In this document: positions 1-6,714 of the stretch, piece after piece
How positions within the stretch are numbered: position 1 is the first letter of the stretch
Layout: each line of letters begins with the position of its first letter
DNA from: a virus
Taxonomy: Duplodnaviria; Heunggongvirae; Uroviricota; Caudoviricetes
Length of the DNA stretch: 15,660 nucleotides
Virus record (IMG/VR): IMGVR_UViG_3300010367_000170
Reading direction: 5' to 3' (one strand)
Position numbers and translations under genes: made by a program
The notes under the pieces: model-generated
Told to the model about the DNA's origin: nothing
The model's input: only the letters and a program-made list of their open reading frames with translations
Databases searched by the model: none

Positions 1-320
1 GACAGCCCTAGGGCCTGCCGGTAGAGAGCGACTGCGCCCCGCACATCGAAATCAGCGACAGCGGAACGCCACACCTTCCGAACCCTGACCGTGTAATCCT
101 CCATCGCGGCGAACCGGCGTGCGAACACCCTCGCCCACACGCCCTCCAACCTGCCCAGATGGATCGCTACCTCAAGGACCCCCGGAGAGTCCCAATTCTC
201 AGCGCAAATGTCCATAGCAACCAGGCAACCCGCCTGAACCCGCTGCGACATAGGGCCACCCGACTGCGCCCAGCCCTGCGCGTAAGCCGTCCGCGCATAC
301 GGCCGGATAGCGTCATTCAA
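1..320 (-). CDS. Probable phage minor head / head morphogenesis protein, N-terminal part (runs off the left edge; absent from the ORF track)
   Basis: Hand translation from TTG at 320, with GGAGG 6 nt upstream, is open to the window edge: MNDAIRPYARTAYAQGWAQSGGPMSQRVQAGCLVAMDICAENWDSPGVLEVAIHLGRLEGVWARVF... I recall the AYxxGWAxSGGPM...LEVxxHLGRLEGxWA pattern from Streptomyces-phage minor head proteins encoded next to portal genes. Confidence 0.6.
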   Translation of the reverse strand, partial: MNDAIRPYARTAYAQGWAQSGGPMSQRVQAGCLVAMDICAENWDSPGVLEVAIHLGRLEGVWARVFARRFAAMEDYTVRVRKVWRSAVADFDVRGAVALYRQALGL

Positions 321-330
321 CCCCAGCCTC

Positions 331-2130
331 CTAGCTGACAGCCGCCCACATCGTGAAAGCCCCAGTGACAGTATTCGAACCCGGGGTGATTGTCGAAGGA
401 AGAGACGTCTGAGAAGTTCCGTTCACCGCATACCGGAACGCCGCCGCAGCAGCCCCAGCGTTGGCGATCGACAAGCTCGCACCCGACGCCCGAGCCAAAG
501 TCGACGCAGTAGAGGCGTTGTTCACGAAAGCCACCCAGTACGTCCCCGCCACAGCCGCATACGGGGTGACAACCGAAGCCGTCACAATCCCCGCAGACGT
601 GATCAGCGTGTCCAGAGTTCCAGCCGCCGTGACAGCAACCCGAGTCCCCGCCGAGTTGTACAGGCCCAAGAAGTTCTGGTTGGCCGTGACCGTGGCCGCT
701 GCGGTACTGACCCCCACCGAGAGCTTGCTGACCGTAGTCGAATACCGAAGCAGAACCTGCGCCAGATAGACAGTGCCGTTCACCGTCAACGTGCTGTTCG
801 TCGTGGCCGACGGATCGTAGGTCCAAGCCAACAACGCCGAATCAGACGCCTGATACACGTTGCCCGGCACCTGAACCGAGTTCACCGTGAACAAGTCCGT
901 CTGAGGCAGCTCCAAATGGTTGTAGCTGCTAGAACCGCTGTTCGGCCACGCGTTCTGAACGTTCAACCCCACCGCCCCGTTGTTCTGGACGTTGGCGGTA
1001 GAACCGTTCTCATACGTGCCGCCGATAACGGTCGGAGCGATCACCCCAGAGGAGATCTTCAAACAGATCCCCATCGTGTCCACGTAACCGCCGGTGACCG
1101 TCGTGGAATGGGCGCCCGTGTCCAACCAGATCCCGTTACCCGTCCCCGCCTCAACGTCCGGATGAACCAGGTTCGTGGAATGCGACCCGTTGATGTACAC
1201 GCCGCTCGAAGCCGAATCATCCGCCTGAGGCAGCAGGAAACAATCAACGACACTGTTGGAGTGCGCCCCGCCGGTAATCGACACACCAACGCTGGACGTC
1301 CCCCCGTACCGGATCCGGCAAGCCCGCACCTCGTTGTAGTGGGCCGTAGCCGAGTTCATCAAAACCCCGGTCTTCGGAGCCACCCCAGACGCCCCGCCGC
1401 CGTCAACCAACAACATCTCCAACACGGACATGTTGAAGTTGGAGGCGTCGATAGCAGTACCAGAACTCGCCGCGTTCGTCTGCGACACCCTCAAATAACG
1501 CAGGTTGACCCGGATGTTCGACGCCGCCTTGATCGCCGGTGACACCGAAGCCCCGTCGAACAGGATCTGCGACCCCCACCCGTCACCCTGAAACGTTGTG
1601 CCCGTAGTGGAAACGTTCAACGTAGACGTGATCAGGTAAGACCCAGCCGGGAAGTACAGCGTGCCGCCGTTCGACGGCAACGCCGCCAACGCCAAGTTGA
1701 TCGCAGCAGTGTCATCAACAGAACCGCTACCAACCGCGCCATACGCCTTCACCGACACCCACGACAAAGCCGGAACAGTGATGGCCGCTGGAACAACCGG
1801 TGACAACGTCGAAATGTCCACCGTCGAACCCAGCGAATGCGGCAAGCTGACGCCGTAGCTCCGAGGAGACAACCCGCCGATCGTCTCCGTCACCGTCCAC
1901 GACCAGTTAGACGGCGTCAACTGCCCCGTACAAGGCAACACCACCGAGAACGCGCCGGAGCCGTTCAACGACACCGTCACCCCCACGCCACCCAACAACA
2001 CCGACCCGACAGTGTCCACCAAGACCGGGGTCGAAGGCGTGAACGTCAACGTCCCCGCCATCGCCGCGCCCGCTGGAGTCAGATACGTGCCCGTCACCGT
2101 GATGGTGAAGATGTCACCCGGCAACGCCAT
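331..2130 (-). CDS. Modular virion spike/fibre-like protein (599 aa): N-terminal anchor domain, Pectate_lyase_3-like right-handed beta-helix, C-terminal beta-rich domain
   Basis: Start reassigned to ATG 2130 (GAGGAG 6 nt upstream, just after the stop of the upstream gene at 2145). Contains WVSVKAYGAVGSGSVDDTAAINLALAAL...GGTLYFPAGSY, the classic beta-helix cap of tailspikes and depolymerases, followed by G/N/S/T-rich coils. Confidence 0.8.
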   Translation of the reverse strand: MALPGDIFTITVTGTYLTPAGAAMAGTLTFTPSTPVLVDTVGSVLLGGVGVTVSLNGSGAFSVVLPCTGQLTPSNWSWTVTETIGGLSPRSYGVSLPHSLGSTVDISTLSPVVPAAITVPALSWVSVKAYGAVGSGSVDDTAAINLALAALPSNGGTLYFPAGSYLITSTLNVSTTGTTFQGDGWGSQILFDGASVSPAIKAASNIRVNLRYLRVSQTNAASSGTAIDASNFNMSVLEMLLVDGGGASGVAPKTGVLMNSATAHYNEVRACRIRYGGTSSVGVSITGGAHSNSVVDCFLLPQADDSASSGVYINGSHSTNLVHPDVEAGTGNGIWLDTGAHSTTVTGGYVDTMGICLKISSGVIAPTVIGGTYENGSTANVQNNGAVGLNVQNAWPNSGSSSYNHLELPQTDLFTVNSVQVPGNVYQASDSALLAWTYDPSATTNSTLTVNGTVYLAQVLLRYSTTVSKLSVGVSTAAATVTANQNFLGLYNSAGTRVAVTAAGTLDTLITSAGIVTASVVTPYAAVAGTYWVAFVNNASTASTLARASGASLSIANAGAAAAAFRYAVNGTSQTSLPSTITPGSNTVTGAFTMWAAVS

Positions 2131-2144
2131 AGCCGTCTCCTCGT

Positions 2145-2480
2145 CTACGGCAACAACGCCGTCAAATCCACTGTCGAACCCAGCGTGTGCGGTATCGCCT
2201 TGCCGGGATACTGGGCTGTAGGCGCCCCGTTCAGGGCGATACCGATGGTGTAGGTGAACGCTGGGATGTTGGCGTTGTCGGTACAAGCCAACACGACACT
2301 GACGTCGTTGGAGCCGGTCAACGTCACCGCCGTCGGACCGTCAACGATGACATGCCCCACCGCGTCGATCAACGGCAGGGCACTAGGAGTGAACGTCACA
2401 GTTCCCGTTGCCTTCACCCCGAACACGTTCAACAACGTCCCGGTGACGGTGATAGTCGTCAAATCACCCGGCAACGGCAT
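2145..2480 (-). CDS. 111-aa stand-alone paralog of the N-terminal domain of the 331..2130 protein (probable virion adaptor)
   Basis: GGAGG RBS 5 nt upstream. MPLPGDLTTITVTGT...TFTPS...VVLACT...PHTLGSTVDLTALLP aligns end to end with MALPGDIFTITVTGT...TFTPS...VVLPCT...PHSLGSTVDISTLSP. Confidence 0.85.
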   Translation of the reverse strand: MPLPGDLTTITVTGTLLNVFGVKATGTVTFTPSALPLIDAVGHVIVDGPTAVTLTGSNDVSVVLACTDNANIPAFTYTIGIALNGAPTAQYPGKAIPHTLGSTVDLTALLP

Positions 2481-2492
2481 ACAGACCTCCCG

Positions 2493-2657
2493 CTACAACT
2501 TCCTGATCCGCTCCGAAGCCCCAAACAGGTGCAGCGCCAGGAACGTCAGCCCCAAAGACAACAGAGCCAGACCGGAGAACCAGCTGTTCGTAGTGGTTTT
2601 CAACCCCAGCAGGATGAAGTTCACCGCGAAAACGATGATGGAAAGCATCCCAAACAT
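2493..2657 (-). CDS. 54-aa two-transmembrane-helix membrane protein (holin-like topology); absent from the ORF track
   Basis: GGAGG-CTCAC-ATG start. Hand translation: MFGMLSIIVFAVNFILLGLKTTTNSWFSGLALLSLGLTFLALHLFGASERIRKL, two hydrophobic segments and a basic C-terminus. Fits exactly between tRNA-Ser and the RBS of the next gene. Confidence 0.7.
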   Translation of the reverse strand: MFGMLSIIVFAVNFILLGLKTTTNSWFSGLALLSLGLTFLALHLFGASERIRKL

Positions 2658-2670
2658 GTGAGCCTCCTAG

Positions 2671-2752
2671 CGGAAGATGAAGGAATCGAACCCTCTGCGG
2701 AGTTACCCGCTGACCGCTTTCGAAGCGGCTCGCCACCATTGGCCTATCTTCC
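2671..2752 (-). tRNA. tRNA-Ser(CGA), CCA not encoded
   Basis: Acceptor GGAAGAT/ATCTTCC, discriminator G, anticodon arm GCCGC-TTCGAAA-GCGGT, long variable arm GCGG-GTAACT-CCGC, T-arm GAGGG-TTCGATT-CCTTC. D-loop is short and position 8 is A. Confidence 0.85.
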
Positions 2753-2873
2753 AATGACGCCGAGTCGAAGACCCTTGGCTGTCAAGCAGCGCAGGCGTCG
2801 CGTCACGCCCCAGTACCTGGCTGATCAGGCCAAGCGCTTGCGGTTGTTAGTGACCGACACCGCCAAACGGTCG

Positions 2874-2947
2874 TCGGAATGGCAGGACTCGAACCTGCGC
2901 TCTCCTGGTCCCAAACCAGGCGCCTTCCCAAACTTGGCCACATTCCG
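2874..2947 (-). tRNA. tRNA-Pro(TGG), CCA not encoded
   Basis: Acceptor CGGAATG/CATTCCG, anticodon arm CCTGG-TTTGGGA-CCAGG, T-arm GCAGG-TTCGAGT-CCTGC, discriminator A. Confidence 0.92.
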
Positions 2948-3011
2948 AATCTGGGGCTGCCCGGACTGGCCGGACACTTGCGACCGGAGCCATACGCCCC
3001 CAGTACCCACG

Positions 3012-3085
3012 TGGATCAGGTGGGACTCGAACCCACAACCATCTGCATGCAAGGCAGACGCTCTTCCAATTGGAGCTACAGACCC
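3012..3085 (-). tRNA. tRNA-Ala(TGC), CCA not encoded
   Basis: Acceptor GGGTCTG/CTGATCC with the G3:U70 alanine identity pair (one U-U mismatch), anticodon arm TCTGC-CTTGCAT-GCAGA, T-arm GTGGG-TTCGAGT-CCCAC. Confidence 0.92.
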
Positions 3086-3087
3086 AA

Positions 3088-3159
3088 ATGCGTGGCCCGG
3101 AGTTGAACCGGGATCTCCGCCCTTCCGGACGGTGCTCTGACCCGTTGAGCTACCTCGCC
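3088..3159 (-). ncRNA. tRNA-like RNA or pseudo-tRNA with no 7-nt anticodon loop (GGAA tetraloop instead)
   Basis: D-arm TAGCTCAACGGGTCAGAGC and T-arm CCCGG-TTCAACT-CCGGG are canonical. The anticodon arm is CCGTCC-GGAA-GGGCGG (16 nt, not 17). The acceptor GGCGAGG/CCACGCA has two mismatches. Ends 2 nt from tRNA-Ala. Confidence 0.7.
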
Positions 3160-3165
3160 GCACCC

Positions 3166-3196
3166 AGACTAACCCGCCAAGCCGTTACCGCTGTAA
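3166..3196 (-). promoter_or_regulatory. Possible promoter for the tRNA cluster
   Basis: -10-like TAGTCT (3171-3166) lies 6 nt upstream of the tRNA-like RNA. The only -35 candidate (TTACAG) is 19 bp away, so support is weak. Confidence 0.3.
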
Positions 3197-3559
3197 CTAC
3201 TTAGACCGCTTAGCCTTGCCCCCAGCCGGAGCAGCAGGCTCACCCTGCGTCTCAGCCGACTGGGGATCATCCTTCACTTCCGGACCGGCCGAAGTCCCCC
3301 GCTTCGGAGCTTCCTGACCCCCAGAAGCCTGCTCCTGCTCCTGCTCCTCGCCGCCCCGGTACGGCTCCCAGTCGGTAGCGTTCTTGTCGCTGTCGTCCGG
3401 GATCCACTCCTGAGCGTCCTGACCCGGAGCGTTCAACTTCAACTTCGACTGCGAGTTCTCCACCTGATGCCGGACATGATGCCCTTCCGGCCACTCGGAA
3501 CGCCGCATCGGCTGCTGCTGATTGCCAGTTGCCATCTCGTGCGCACTCTGAAAATCCAT
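3197..3559 (-). CDS. Tad2/DUF2829-like small protein (putative nucleotide-signal sponge) with an acidic, low-complexity C-terminal tail
   Basis: Residues 1-67 follow the DUF2829 pattern as I recall it: M-x-F-x-x-A...R-x-x-W (MDFQSAHEM...MRRSEW) and W-x-P-x-x-x-D-x-x-A-x-D-W (WIPDDSDKNATDW). The remaining ~50 aa are E/Q/G/A/P-rich. Confidence 0.6.
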   Translation of the reverse strand: MDFQSAHEMATGNQQQPMRRSEWPEGHHVRHQVENSQSKLKLNAPGQDAQEWIPDDSDKNATDWEPYRGGEEQEQEQASGGQEAPKRGTSAGPEVKDDPQSAETQGEPAAPAGGKAKRSK

Positions 3560-3595
3560 GGCGACCGGCTACCCGCAGACCGCTGAACCATGCGT

Positions 3596-3919
3596 CTACG
3601 CAAGAACCCAACGGCCGTCACGGATCCACCCGTGATCACCACAGGAACACAGAACCGACGGGGACAACGTCAACGGCACCCACGACTCCACATCCCAGGT
3701 GGCCTTGCCGGGACTGATAGCCTCCGCCGTCTCGGAGGCGAACACGACCGACCCCATACAAGGGCTGCCGTCCGGCGTCGAATGCTTGATCAACAAGCCG
3801 TAGCGCTCCACGTCAGGCAGATGCGCATACTGCGGGTTCAACTCCCGGTCCGGAGCCCACGACGTCCACGTGGCGATGTGCCCGTGGCCCAAATCCAAAG
3901 GATCGCTGCTGAAAGACAT
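3596..3919 (-). CDS. 107-aa DUF6527-like putative metal-binding protein
   Basis: Start reassigned to ATG 3919, 2 nt after the upstream stop. The C-terminal W-x-V-x4-PLTLSPSVLCSCGDHGWIRDGRW resembles the DUF6527 motif (TL-x-PS...C...H-x-W-I-x-x-G-x-W), plus an upstream H...C pair (KHSTPDGSPC). Confidence 0.55.
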   Translation of the reverse strand: MSFSSDPLDLGHGHIATWTSWAPDRELNPQYAHLPDVERYGLLIKHSTPDGSPCMGSVVFASETAEAISPGKATWDVESWVPLTLSPSVLCSCGDHGWIRDGRWVLA

Positions 3920-3921
3920 GT

Positions 3922-5739
3922 CTAATCCGCCCACCAAACCGGCGACGGCGGAGTCACCGTGCCGTTCACCTTGATCCAACCCAACGGACCCACCCGGGCC
4001 GTGTACGACAACGCCCCAGACGCCTGAGAAAACACAGTCGTCAACGTCGGAGCCGTAGCACCACCCATCAACGAACTCACCTGAACCGAAGTCACCGTGC
4101 CGTTGCCCTGGAAAACGATGTTCACATACCGGCCCAACGGATTCTGCACCGCCGTGTTGATAGTCAACGCCGGAGGGCTCGCTACCGCCCCAGGGAACTG
4201 GAAGTCGCAGATCAGCTGCAACGGCGTGGACGTGTCATTGCTCAAACCCACCAGAGGTGGACCGGAGATGCCGTTGCTCTTAACGTGGAACTCCCCGCAA
4301 ACCGCTGCGAGACCACCGCCGTTGTCACGGATAGTGGACTGGCCTTCGGTGTCGTAGGAACCGGAAAGCATCGGACCCACACCGGCCTGCCCAGGACCGA
4401 TGATCTCCATCTGGTTGTTGCAGCCCTCAATGCTGACCTGATCCATGAAGATGCCGTGGCTGGCCCCGACGCCGTTGCCGCCATCGCCATAATTCCCCAC
4501 CGGACACACGCCCGACCAGCTGTACAGGATCGTGCCGCCCACCCACTCGGTGTGCTCCGTCACGAAAATCGCCCGGGTGTAGCCGCCGTGACACGTCACG
4601 TTGCGGAGCTGGTTGTTGTCGTTGTTACCAGCCGACGGCAGCAGAACCCCGATAGACACGCCAGCGCTGAAGCCGTTCGGGTTCTGGTAGTCCCCGCCGA
4701 ACGGTGCGTAGGTCGCCGCCGTCCCGTACCCGAAGTTCTCCAAAGCCGCAGCGGCGAGACCGTGGAAATTCAACGCCCCGTAGCCCCAGCCGTTCAACGA
4801 ATGCGTCGTGTACACCTGGATGTTCTGCATCCGCACCAGCGTGTTGTTGTACAGCAAGGCGTCAGTGCCGTAACCGTTGGAGCCGGTCTGCCCTGAGATG
4901 CACGCAGCGGCGCCGTTGGCGTTGAAGGCATTGAGCTGGGCGGTGGCGTTGGCGAACGCCCCGAAACTCACCAACGTAGAACCGGCAAGCTGAGGGATCT
5001 TCTGCTCCCAATGCCGCGTAGTCCCGCCGTCCGTGGCGCCCAGAATCCACAACGCCACCTTGCGGTCGGTCGTGGCTTGGATCGGGATCACCAGCTGCCC
5101 GTTGGCTTTCGTGGCTCCACCGGCCACCAGAGGACCGGCAACCCCGTAGAAGGTGCCGTTGCCGCTCGGAGGAACCCACACGATCCCGGTGCCGTTCACC
5201 TGCCCGTAGGCGTGGGCAGCGTTGATCGTGTTCTGCAACGCCACAGTGTCGTCGGTAGCCCAAAGAACCAAGGCGCCGGTGACCGTGAGCGTCGCAGAGG
5301 CCGCGAGCGTGACAACGCTCGAAGAGGTGTAGCCGATGATCGTGGTCACCAGGGTCGTAACCCCGGAAGTCAAAGCGCCCTTCACCGCGATGGCCTTGCC
5401 GACGTCCGACGGCCGGAACGGATGCGACGTGGAACACGTCAACGTCGCCTGACCGCTGGTCATAGCGCCGTCAACAGCTGACTGACCGTCGCCTACGGCC
5501 CCGTACCGGCGGACGTCGAACACCCACGCCCCAACGTTCACCGCCGACTGGTACGCCACCGACGTGTTGTCCACGCCAACCGGTACCGAACCGATGGAGG
5601 TGCTGTTCGGGTACGCCACCGGCGGTGCGCCGACGGTGGAACCTGCGACGGTCAACGAGTTCGCGGTCACAACATCCAGGTACGTGGGCCCTGGGATGAA
5701 CCGCTCAGTGGTAACAACGTAGGGTTCTGTCGCGGTCAC
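3922..5739 (-). CDS. Second beta-helix spike/depolymerase-like protein (605 aa)
   Basis: Start reassigned to GTG 5739 (GGAGG 7-8 nt upstream; GTGA overlap with the upstream stop). FDVRRYGAVGDG...TDDTVALQNTINAA is a Pectate_lyase_3-type cap split by a ~65-aa insert, followed by G/N-rich beta-helix-like coils. Confidence 0.78.
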   Translation of the reverse strand: MTATEPYVVTTERFIPGPTYLDVVTANSLTVAGSTVGAPPVAYPNSTSIGSVPVGVDNTSVAYQSAVNVGAWVFDVRRYGAVGDGQSAVDGAMTSGQATLTCSTSHPFRPSDVGKAIAVKGALTSGVTTLVTTIIGYTSSSVVTLAASATLTVTGALVLWATDDTVALQNTINAAHAYGQVNGTGIVWVPPSGNGTFYGVAGPLVAGGATKANGQLVIPIQATTDRKVALWILGATDGGTTRHWEQKIPQLAGSTLVSFGAFANATAQLNAFNANGAAACISGQTGSNGYGTDALLYNNTLVRMQNIQVYTTHSLNGWGYGALNFHGLAAAALENFGYGTAATYAPFGGDYQNPNGFSAGVSIGVLLPSAGNNDNNQLRNVTCHGGYTRAIFVTEHTEWVGGTILYSWSGVCPVGNYGDGGNGVGASHGIFMDQVSIEGCNNQMEIIGPGQAGVGPMLSGSYDTEGQSTIRDNGGGLAAVCGEFHVKSNGISGPPLVGLSNDTSTPLQLICDFQFPGAVASPPALTINTAVQNPLGRYVNIVFQGNGTVTSVQVSSLMGGATAPTLTTVFSQASGALSYTARVGPLGWIKVNGTVTPPSPVWWAD

Positions 5740-5966
5740 TGCGGCACCTCCGCTGCGAGGACCATGGCCCGGACAAAACAATCCTTGGCTTCCAGAAGTT
5801 TCCGTAGACCCGTAGTCAACTCTGGGCCGTCCGGCAAAGCCACCACCATCTCGGTGGCCAAGATCGAAAAACGGGCTGAAACGTCAGCCAGCTGCTGCGG
5901 GAGATGCCCGTACTCAAACAGCCGAAGCATATGACGGGTCGATTCGTGACGGCTCTCAAAAGACAT
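5736..5966 (-). CDS. 76-aa conserved phage helical-hairpin protein (possibly Acb2/Tad1-hairpin-like)
   Basis: ATG at 5966: MSFESRHESTRHMLRLFEYGHLPQQLADVSARF...LPDGPELTTGLRKLLEAKDCFVRA. I recognise the F-x-Y-x-HLP...GPE-x-T-x-GLRKLLEAKDC-x-VRA pattern as a widespread phage family. The gene itself is well supported; the function is uncertain. Confidence 0.7.
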   Translation of the reverse strand: MSFESRHESTRHMLRLFEYGHLPQQLADVSARFSILATEMVVALPDGPELTTGLRKLLEAKDCFVRAMVLAAEVPQ

Positions 5967-6019
5967 GAAGCCAACCTGCTTACACAACACCCTGCTGCGA
6001 AAAAGAGACAATGAAACAG

Positions 6020-6049
6020 GTCCCCAGTCCGCCCGCACGGGCTGGGGAC
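6020..6049 (-). terminator. Probable intrinsic terminator downstream of the 6058..6714 gene
   Basis: Inverted repeat GTCCCCAG...CTGGGGAC with an inner CCC-GCAC-GGG stem, followed on the minus strand by the T-rich CTGTTTCATTGTCTCTTTTT. Confidence 0.5.
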
Positions 6050-6057
6050 TACAAAAG

Positions 6058-6714
6058 CTACGTCAAGTAGGCGTACAAGGCATGCCCGGCAGTGCCGGTG
6101 ATCGTGCCCAAACTCGAACCCACCGCAACCGGAGTCGTCTGAGACGTCAACGTCGTACCGCAGTACACCGGTGCGACAGCCGACACAGCAGCGTTAGCCA
6201 TAGCAGCGCTCGCCGCGAACGTCGGCATAGTGCCGGACGCCACCACGCACACGAAGCCGTAGTACAAGCCCGTGTAGCTGGTCGTGAACGGCGTCGCGAT
6301 AGCCGTAGTCACAGCCGTGTTAGCGGCGAAGTAAGCCGCGCCGGTGTTGTCTGCGCTGATACCCAGCACCTTGCCCCGGCTGTCCGCCACCCCAACCCAG
6401 GCGTGGGTGCCGGTCGCCTCCGCAGTCAACGAAATCATCGTCAAGTTGCTGATCAGCAAGTTCGACTCACACGGCATCGCATATGCGTACACCGTGCCCG
6501 ACGTCAACGTGGCTGAAGCAGCCGTAGCCGAAGACCGGCCGTCCAAGCTCGACGCCAACGTGCCCGTCGGCTCCAGGTACTGGTACATCCAGGTTTTGGT
6601 CCCGCCGCCCAGCAGCTGAACTGCCTGCTGCGTCGTCACCGAGTCCACGTTCACTGTGCCCGGCGTGTACGAGTTGGTAGCTACGGCGTACGGAACCTGT
6701 GCCTGCCCCGTCAT
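6058..6714 (-). CDS. 218-aa putative virion protein: N-terminal motif shared with the 3922..5739 protein, body homologous to the C-terminal domain of the 331..2130 protein
   Basis: AAGGAG RBS. PYAVATNSYTPGTVNVDSVT matches PYVVTTERFIPGPTYLDVVT. The GTVY...G-x3-S-x-G...TP...G-x-Y...TSQT pattern matches the 331..2130 C-terminus. Confidence 0.78.
   Translation of the reverse strand: MTGQAQVPYAVATNSYTPGTVNVDSVTTQQAVQLLGGGTKTWMYQYLEPTGTLASSLDGRSSATAASATLTSGTVYAYAMPCESNLLISNLTMISLTAEATGTHAWVGVADSRGKVLGISADNTGAAYFAANTAVTTAIATPFTTSYTGLYYGFVCVVASGTMPTFAASAAMANAAVSAVAPVYCGTTLTSQTTPVAVGSSLGTITGTAGHALYAYLT

Noticed and set aside
2753-2873. A fifth tRNA in the Pro-Ser spacer
   Set aside because: It has a TTCGACT T-loop-like word and an AGCCAGGTA D-loop-like word, but the stems needed for a cloverleaf do not pair.
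2464-3163. ORFs 2464..2754, 2825..3163, 2847..3038 and 2879..3106
   Set aside because: They are read through tRNA genes (for example GSTPG and GFESH from T-loops) and are not credible proteins.
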